Assembly: GCF_009914755.1 (NCBI RefSeq)
Contig: NC_060947.1
Strand: one strand, 5' to 3'
Source: the human T2T-CHM13v2.0 reference genome, Homo sapiens
DNA: 64,000 bases
Each line of letters starts with the position of its first letter. Position 1 is the stretch's first letter. Position numbers and translations under genes: made by a program. The notes under the pieces are model-generated. The model saw nothing but the letters and a program-made list of their open reading frames with translations. It was not told where the DNA came from and ran no database searches. Below, in pieces: positions 55,403 to 64,000 of the stretch.

Positions 55403-56226
55403 TGATTGCTTGAAATGCACAACATAGCTCTCTGTTCTGTGTTCATCATGTTCTCAGCCAGACTTCCCTATGGGCCCAATTCTGCTACAGTCACTGGTGG
55501 CTGAGTTCTGACTCCGGGAGGCAGCCAGATGAAGACACCAATGCCTTTGCCAGCTGTTGCTCATCTGAATAAAATTAACCCATACATTTCCTTAACTTGT
55601 TCTGGGACTAAGCACAGTAGTCCATCTTGTGCTTTGGTGACTTTATTTCCATTCAAGACTACCTGATGTTAATTTAAAACATCAGGTAGTTTCCCCATCA
55701 ATAAAACTGATCTACAAATAATTTATCCAGGCTTAAAATAGCATTTATTTGTGTGTGGATGTATGGGTGTAGGGGAGGAGCTGAGAGTTGGCAGAGGATA
55801 CAGGGAGTGTTTTCCAGAATATACGGTGTGGTCCAAAGTAATTCCTAGCCAAGATCTTGTCTGGGAGGCTACCAAAATTAATTGTCAATCAGTTTATATC
55901 TACCATTTTCTTTCCAGGGAAAGTCCACTGCCAGGCACATAGTCCAGGCCCTCCCATCTTGCATATTGTTAAGCTTCTGACATAAGTAGCTATTCAATGT
56001 CCATTTGCTAAAGGGAGGCATACAGAGCAGTGATTCTTCAACTTTATTGTACAGTAGAATCACAGAAAAAGCTCTTAAACATCTCAATATTCAGACCATA
56101 CCTAAAACATCAAAGTCTCTGTGGGCCATGCAACTAGTTCAAATGCCACCAGTCCAAACGGACCCCATAGGCTTAACTTAAGGGTGTATTTATAATGTTG
56201 GTTATATACTTATTACAGCCCATTTA

Positions 56227-56289
56227 GTGTGTGTGTATGTGTGTGTGTGAGAGAGAGAGAGAAAAAAAAGAGAGAGAGAGAAAGAGAGA
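56227..56289. repeat. (TG)n(GA)n compound microsatellite
   Basis: Directly visible. Confidence 0.92.
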
Positions 56290-57069
56290 CTATTAATGAT
56301 TTAAATAGGTCAGCATAATTATGGTATTTGGAATGGGTAGGAGAATTTGCCCTAATTTGAGATCTCACTTCTATTAACACAAGAGAATTTGTGGAAAGGT
56401 GAACAGTAGTACGCTTCTCTCATAATTTCCTGTGATTTTTCTGTTGAAATGTTGGTGTCAGATTATATAACTCCCACTGGGCTGCAAATAAGCTACACTC
56501 AAAAAAGTGATGGATGTGAGCACGTGAGCTGTCATGTAATAAAGATAAAGATTTCTTTTTCTAAACTTGTATAGCATTATGAGGAGACATAGCCTGCATG
56601 AACTCGTGAATTATTATGAACATTCTGTAAGTGATAGAAAACAGGCCTGTGATCAGCTTTATAAATGAGTGCCAGTCCCTAATAACTAATGCACATTGCC
56701 TGCAGGAAAACTCTCTTGAAGCATGGTTCCTGGAATCAAGCATTCAGTATTCATAACCAGTGAAATTTTCTTCACTGGGAAATGGAAAATTATAGACTCA
56801 AAGATCTAAAAATATTAGAATTGTATATACATTATTTATCTTAGATACAGACAGGGTCACTGCAGTATTATAAAATCATTGAGCTCTCACCAAAAGGCAT
56901 CCCTCAAAACTTCAGTATCTCCCATCTGGGTGTGGTGAGTGAAAAGGGAGTGACCATAGAGAAAATAACAAAATAGGGAAACAAAGGGAGGGGAAAGGGG
57001 GAATGTCAATCTCGAACTTTATTTATCATAATTTTGCCAAGGGCTATCCGTAAATACAGCTTATAGTAA

Positions 57070-57300
57070 CAGTTAAAATTTATTTAGTTATTTTCACATA
57101 GTATCAACTGTGGAAAGTGATTTGCATGTATTATATTATAATTTTGTGAGAAAGGTATTATTATGCCCATTTTACAAATAAAGAAAATAGAGGTTTGGGG
57201 AAACCAAATGACTTGTCCAAGATTATATAACTATAGGGTGATAGAATTGCTCCTCTAACCTAAGTCTATCTGACTCCAAAATCCACGTACATAACAAGTC
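57070..57300 (-). mobile_element. MIR
   Basis: ggtattattatgcccattttacaaataaagaaaatagagg...tgacttgtccaag...tctgactccaaaatcc. Confidence 0.75.
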
Positions 57301-59199
57301 TCCAATACTGAAACTATAAAGGAAAAAATAAGAAATACTTTGGGTTTATGGAATTTTAAAGCTTAGAGATAAAATAATTTAGTTTTCCTTTTTTAAAAAT
57401 AGAAAGAAACCAGTGTCCAGAGTGATAGTGATTTGATTAAAGAAATTCAACTCCCAACTGATTCTTTCACTATACTATCCTGAGTTAAGTGTATGTTCCT
57501 TAGAATGATGCAATATTACGCCCCCACTATATACGGTCCTGTAGCCCTGAAGTAGGTACCAGAGGAGATAGAGGAGACAACGATTGTATTATTTCCAGAG
57601 TTAAGGAGCTTTCAGTAGAACTTGGAATAAAGGTAATCTTGTGTTTTGGTCAATTTATAGTATTTCTAAATAAGGCAAGTTCATGCAGCATAATCTATCT
57701 TCATAAGAATGGAAAGAAAGTGAAGGAATGCTGTGATCAGAGCCAAGGAAGAGGAAGGAATGCTTCCTAGATGCAGTGGATACATTTTCTTCACCTAAGC
57801 CCTCATCCTGTCTAAGGTTAGAGACGTGAACTAGTTGGAGATTAACACTCCCCTTTTTCCCTTCCTTTGTTTCCTTGTTTTGTTATTTTCTCTATGGTCA
57901 CTCACTCATCACACCCAGGTGGGAGGTACTGAAGTTTTGAGGGATGCCTTTTGGTGGGAGCTGAATGATTTTATAATGCTGCAGTGACCCTGTCTGTATC
58001 TAAGATAAGTAATGTATACACTATTCTATATAGGTGATAACAGGAAAGAATTTGCCACACCCAAAGACACCTAAAGGTATGTAAGGTTATGCCTGAAGAT
58101 ATTGATTTGACGTGGAGGATTGTACTTATTTATTTACAGGCTACAAATCCTAGGACAAATCATTTTACCTCCATATCTTAGGTTTTTTTTTTTGTAGTTC
58201 ATAACAAGATCATCTTACTTAATGGATCTTACAAGGGCACCGCCAGGATTATAAGTAAATATTTACAAGATACTTGGAGCAGTATGCAAAACATTATACT
58301 CGTATAGAGTTAACTGCTTTTTTGAAGTCTCCAGTAGTTCACCTTTATTCTAAAATATCACTGCAGAACACGAATGTTGTATTTTTAACTGCAAAGTTTA
58401 ATACAATGCATCTGCCTATTTTCTAGTATAAGTTTACATAGTGTCTACTAAAAATAGGCCTTATACCTTATAATGTCTTTGCCAAGCCAGAATTTTGATA
58501 AACATATAACTAGATTCTTTGTATTAATTTTTATATATTGCCCTGCCTCCACCACACAAAATATACACATAGAGAGATGGGAAGGAAATAAAATATTTGA
58601 AAATGACTTTGCTAGGAAAGCAGAAATATAAATATAGGCCATAGGTTGTATATTTTAATCACAATCTCTTTGTGCCTTGTCCTAAAGGTGTAAGGATATG
58701 GAGTAATTTTTAAATTGAAAACAGGACAGGAATTCAGAAGAAATTATTATTTCCCCACATTGTGGGGTTAATCTTCCTAGTGGTCTTTTACATGAAAGCC
58801 ATTCTTTCTTTTCTCAAACAATAAGGAAAAGACATGCAACCCCTCAGCATACTTCTAGCAGGCTGGGTGCAGAGAACAGAGAGTGACAATTAGGATGAGA
58901 GGGTCTAGGGAGACCAGAAGTGTCTACTATAATTTATATTGTCGGTGAAGACCACAGAGATTAATTGGTCAAGTGCAGCATAATACTATATTGGGAGTAT
59001 ATCATTATGATTAGTGGAATTAGAAAAACAAAGGTCAATAACCCCAGTCAGTACTGTTCCTTAGGAGTCCAGGAAGCCCAAAGTTATCCTTACAGTACGG
59101 TAATCAAAAAGAAAGGCTAAATCAGGCATTAATAAAAAGAAAAGGACATAATGTAGTATAGCCAATTTGTTAGCACACCATGAGGAAACTAAGTTGATC

Positions 59200-60660
59200 A
59201 CAAATGAGAATAGTACACCAAAGCAACAGAAAGAGGAGTCACAATTTTTCTGGCTTTATAGAAAAGCATGTCTCCCACTGAGCAGTGCAAGACCACATAC
59301 AAATATAAAGACACAGAGATATATGAAAAACTATAAAGACAGCAGCAGCCACAACAATGGCAACAACTGTAGTTAAAGCAGAATTTTTAATACATGTCAA
59401 ACTGGACTGATGTAAGTACAAAGGAAGCTGGAGAGGCTCCTAGAGTGAACACACTTCTAGAGCCATTACTTGCAGGTGCTAGACTCAAGGGCAACACCTC
59501 TAAGAGTAGTGGAGATGCATTCACATTTTTAGAGATTTAGCTTCAAAAGAAGCTCTACTGAGCAAAGAAGGTTTATTCAATAAATGATGTCAACACAATT
59601 GGTTGATCACTCGTTGGAAAATATGGTAAGTCCTCTATTCCAAGCCTCTCACCAAAATTATTTCTAGATGATTTAAGAAGGAGTCATAGCAATTAAACCA
59701 TAAGGAAACTAGAAAAAAACAGAGTAAATAGTTACCTGTTTTTATAGTGGGGAAAAACCTGACTAAGTATAAAAGCACATACAGAAATGAAAAGGAACAT
59801 AATAACAGCTTTGAATATATAAAATTTTAGAACAAATTAGGAGGCATTTCTAACAGATGACAAAGGTTTAATATTTTTAATATATACAGAACTTTTCAAA
59901 ACCAAAAAGAAAGTGATAATTATCTCCAGCAGCATAATTAACTAAATCGGGGCTAGCAAACTACAGCCCATGGACCAAAACTGGCACATCACCTGTTTTT
60001 GTAAGTAAAGTCTCATTGGAACACAGCCATGTCTATCCATATACATTGTCTATGGCTGCTTTTGCACTGTAGGTATGACAGAGACCATATCACATATGGC
60101 TACGAAGCCTAAACTGTTGACGCTCTGGCACTTTACAGCCATGTGTTACAGATTCCTGAACTAAAGAGAAGAATAGACAATTCACAGAAGAGGAAAGACA
60201 CATGGTCAATCTACATATAATTATCAATTGGTTGATCTACTAGTCTTCAAAATTGCAAATTAGAAAAATAAGACACTGGGTTCACCTATCAAACTAGCAT
60301 TATTTGCAAAGGTTCAGGGAAAGTTGTGCTCTCAATCAGCCTTGAATGAAATGTAAACAGATAAGTCTTTTGGGGAATATTGTGGCAATCTGTACCAAAG
60401 GCATTGGAAATGATTATAACCCTTGGGCACAGTAATTCCACTGCTAAAATTTTGTCCTAAGAAAATGAGAGATATGTACAAATATTTGTGCATAAGCATA
60501 TTCATGTAAACATTAACAATAATGCAAAATGGAAAAGAATTATAGAAGAATACTTTAATGGCATGGAATAATATTCACAATTTAATTTTAAATAGAAGAA
60601 AAAAGCCAAATAAAGGTAATGCAGCTTGAATACAAACTTTGTGTTTTGTTGCAATTCAAA
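59200..60660 (+). mobile_element. Highly degenerate L1ME-type fragments with a MER58A insert (~59950-60160, minus strand)
   Basis: ttattcaataaatgatgt, aatagacaattcacagaagaggaaa and cagtaattccactgcta. The MER58 insert reads gcaaactacagcccatggaccaaa...attggaacacagccatg. Confidence 0.6.
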
Positions 60661-60669
60661 CATATCTAG

Positions 60670-63077
60670 TCTCAGATAATGAGTGATGTTGAGCCTTTTT
60701 TTTCATCGTTGTTGACCATTTGTATCTCTTCTTTTGAGAATTGTCTATTTTGTCCTTTGCCCACCTTTTGATGGGATTGTTTGTTTATTCTTGATGATTT
60801 GAGTTCCTTGTAGATTCTGGATATTAGTGCTTTGTTGGATGCATAGTTTGTGAATATTTTCTTTTGCTCTGTAAACTGTTTGTTTACTCTGCTGATTATT
60901 CCTTTTGCTGTGCAGAAGCATTTTAGTTTAATTAGGTCCCATCTATTTATCTTTGTTTTTGTTGCATTTGCTTTTGGATTTCTGGTCATGAACTCTTTGC
61001 CAAAGTCAGTGACTAGAAGAGTTTTCCAGATGTTATCTCCTAGAATTTTTATGGTTTCAGGTCTTAGATTTAAGTCTTTGATCTATCTTAAGTTGATTTT
61101 TGTATAAGGTAAGGGATGAGGATCCAGCTTCATTCTTCTATATGAGGCTTGCCAATTATCCCAGCACCATTTGTTGAATAGGGTGTTCTTTCCCCAGTTT
61201 ATGTTTTTGTTTGCTTTGTCAAAGCAAACAAAAGGTCAGTTGGCTGTAAATATTTGGCTTTATTGGTTCTCTATTCTGTTCCATTGGTCTACGTGCCTAT
61301 GTTTATATCAGTACCATACTGTTTTGGTAACTATAGCCTTGTAGTATAGTTTGAAATTAGGTAATGTGATGCCTCCAGATTTGTTCTTTTTGCTTAGTCT
61401 TGCTTTGGCTATGTGGGATCTTTTTTGGTTCCATATGAATTTTAAGATTTTTTTTCTAGTTCTGTGAAGAATGATGGTGGTATTTTGATGGGAATTGCCT
61501 TGAATCTGTAGATTCTTCTTGACAGTATGGTCATTTTCACAATATTGATTCTATCCATCCTTAAGCATGGGATGTGTTTCCATTTGTTTGTGTCATCTAT
61601 GATTTCTTTCAGGAGTGTTTTAAAGTTTTCCTTGTAGATGTTTTTCACCTCCTTGGCTAGGTATATTACTAATTATTTATTTTTTGCAGCTGTTATAAAA
61701 GGGGTTGAGTTATTGATTTGTTTTGCAGGTTGGTTGCTGTTGGTGTATAGCAGTGCTACTGATTTGTGTACATTTATTTTGTATCCTGAAACTTTACTGA
61801 ATTTATTTATCAGATCTAGGAGCTGTTTGGATGAATCTTTATGTTTTCAATGTATACATTCATATTATCAGCAAACAGTGACAGTTTGACTTTCTTGTTA
61901 TGGATTTGGATGTCCAGTACTATGTTGAATAGAAGTGGTGAAAGTGGCATCCTTATCTTGCTCCAGTTCTCAGGGGGAATGCTTTCATCTTTTTGCCATT
62001 CAGTATAATGTTGGCTGTGTTTGTCATAGATGACTTTTATTACTTTGAGGTATGTCCCTTCTATGCCCATTTTGCTGAGGTTGTTAATCATAAAGGGACA
62101 CTGGTGTTTGTCAAATGCTTTTCCTGCATTTATTGAAATGATCATATAATTTGTGTTTTTAATTCTGTTTATGTAATGTATCACATTATTGACTTGCTTA
62201 TGTTAAACCATCCCTGAATCCCCAGTATGAAACCCACTTGATGATGGTGCATTATGTTTTTGATATGCTGTTGAATTTTGTTAGCTAGTATTTTGTTGAT
62301 GATTTTTTTGCATCTATGTTCATCAGAGATATTAGTCTGTAGTTTTCTTTTTCTGTTATGTTCTTTCCTGGTTTGGGTATTAGGGTGATACTAGCTTCAT
62401 AGAATTATTTAGGGAGGATTCCCTATTTCTCTATATTTTGGAATAGTTTCAGTAGGATTGGTATCAATTCTTCTTTGAATGTATGATAGAATTTAGCTGT
62501 CAATCCATCTGGTCCTGGACGTTTCTTGGTTGGCAATTTTTAAATTACTGTTTCAATCTTGCTACTTGTTATTGGTCTGTTCATACCACTGTACTCCTGC
62601 AAGAATGGCCATAATTTAAAAAATCAAAAAATGACCAATGTTGGCATGGATGTGTTGAAAAGGGAACACTTTTACACTGCTGATGAGAATGTAAACTAGT
62701 ACAGCCACTATGGAAAACAGTGTGGAGATTCCTTAAAAAGCTAAAAGTAGAACTATAATTTGATCCAGCAATCCACTACTGGGTAACTACCCAGAGGAAA
62801 AGAAGCTCTTATATGAAAAAGACATTTGGACATGCATGTTTATAGCAGCACAATTCACAATTGCAAAAACACAGAACCAGCCTAAATGCCCAACAACCAA
62901 TTAATGGATAAAGAAGATATGATATATATAACACATTTGTATATATATAAACACATTGTGGAATACTACTCAGCCATAAAAAGGAATGAAAGAATAGCAT
63001 TTGCAGCAACCTGGATGAAGGTGGAGACCATTATTCTAAGTGAAGTAACTCAGGAATGGAAAACCAAGCATTGTATG
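60670..63077 (+). mobile_element. 5'-inverted L1PB-like element: inverted segment 60670-62582 (minus), sense segment from 62583
   Basis: Minus-strand ORF2 peptides up to 62582, then plus-strand ataccactgtactcctgcaagaatggcc continuing from where the inverted piece stops. Confidence 0.9.
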
Positions 63078-63485
63078 TGTGATGGTTAATACTGAGTGTC
63101 AACTTGATTGGATTGAAGGATGCGATATTGATCCTGGGTGTGTCTGTGAGGGTGTTGCCAAAGGAGATTAACATTTGAGTCAGTGGGCTGGAGAAGGCAG
63201 ACCCACCCTTAATCAAGTGTGCACCATTTAATCAGCCGCCAGTGAATATAAAGCAGACAGAAAAACACGAAGTGAGAGATAGGCCTAGCCTCCCAGCCTA
63301 CATCTTTCTCCCATCCTGGATGTTTCCTGCCTTTGAACATTGGACTCCAAGTTCTTAAGTTTTGGGACTTGGACTAGCTCTCCTTGCTCTTCAGCTTGCA
63401 GACAGCTCATTGTGGGACCTTGTGATTGTGTAAGTTAATACCTAACAAACTCTCCTATATCTATATCTATATCTATATACAAAGA

Positions 63486-63521
<36 letters not shown>

Positions 63522-63588
63522 CCACTAGTACAACTATACATACATACACATCTTATTAGTTCTGTCCCTCTAAGAAAACACAGACTAA
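63078..63588 (+). mobile_element. MLT2A1-like LTR (5' LTR of HERV-L) with internal TA/TG microsatellite
   Basis: tgtgatggttaatactgagtgtcaacttgattggattgaagg ... ttagttctgtccctcta. Confidence 0.92.
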
Positions 63589-64000
63589 GGAACAGAATAT
63601 TAAGGATGGAGTTCTTTCGCTAGTTTGGGAATTTCTAGAGTTGGCTGCTTACTATGATTGGACCCAAAAAATGCTAAGGACTCTACTTCTAATAATAGGG
63701 AGAACACTGATAGTACATGGAGGAGACTGTTTAGAGAGTTATGCAAAATAAATGCATTTGACACTCCTGATTCACTGCTTGTGAGAGGCAAGGAGTTTAG
63801 TGACTCTATACATAATACCTTTGACCATATGTGGAGAACCAAGGAACATAATGAAGCTGGTTGGTTGCTCCTAAGTTCAGTGAAAAAAGCAATGAAAGAA
63901 GATGATGAACTCAGGAACTCTGTCTCCCAGCTTCAGAAGCAGATACTGAGCCTCAAATCTGCTAAGATTGCCTAGAATAAGAGTCTTATTTCCTGTAGAG
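63589..64000 (+). pseudogene. gag: HERV-L internal start with a disrupted gag N-terminus; continues beyond the window
   Basis: ORF 63658..63975 (NAKDSTSN..ENTDSTWRRLFRELCKINAFDTPDS..FDHMWRTKEHNEAGWLLLSS) follows an MLT2 LTR and stops at 63973-63975. Confidence 0.85.

Noticed and set aside
56515-56550. E-box CACGTG with adjacent TGTCA/TAATAAA motifs as an enhancer
   Set aside because: Single short motifs without conservation or chromatin data are not supportable.
56757-56778. Hairpin ccagtgaa-attttc-ttcactgg
   Set aside because: An 8-bp stem is expected several times by chance in 64 kb.
63658-63975. Fv1-like domesticated HERV-L gag gene
   Set aside because: Only ~105 codons before a stop, the track start is a TTG, and the start region appears mutated. 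Nothing indicates preservation.

Overview
This is repeat-dense, AT-rich, CpG-poor primate DNA, almost certainly human because it contains an AluYb8. It is intergenic or deep intronic. I find no supportable protein-coding gene, RNA gene or CRISPR array; every recognisable ORF in the track is a broken LINE-1 ORF1/ORF2 or HERV-L gag remnant. The main contents are an MST-type MaLR provirus (1-2326), a nested L1MA/THE1D block (8.6-12.4 kb), about 20 kb of almost continuous plus-strand L1 (20.9-41 kb, including a full-length L1PB1), a mini-L1MA, a 5'-inverted L1PB and an MLT2A1/HERV-L start, plus Alu, MIR, L2, MLT1 and DNA-transposon relics. The most unusual structure is a 426-bp, ungapped, ~96.7% identical inverted duplication of apparently unique DNA (14449-14874 / 20437-20862) enclosing a 5.6-kb spacer. 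Also notable are an AT-rich palindrome that has captured flanking sequence (13416-13540), several fold-back hairpins (two with in-window controls), and a 3x3 higher-order tandem repeat in an ancient L1 5' region. I do not see a new biological system in the sense of a novel gene cluster; the findings concern genome structure and mutation mechanism. Repeat subfamily names are from memory of consensus sequences, not from a database search, and boundaries of old repeats are approximate.
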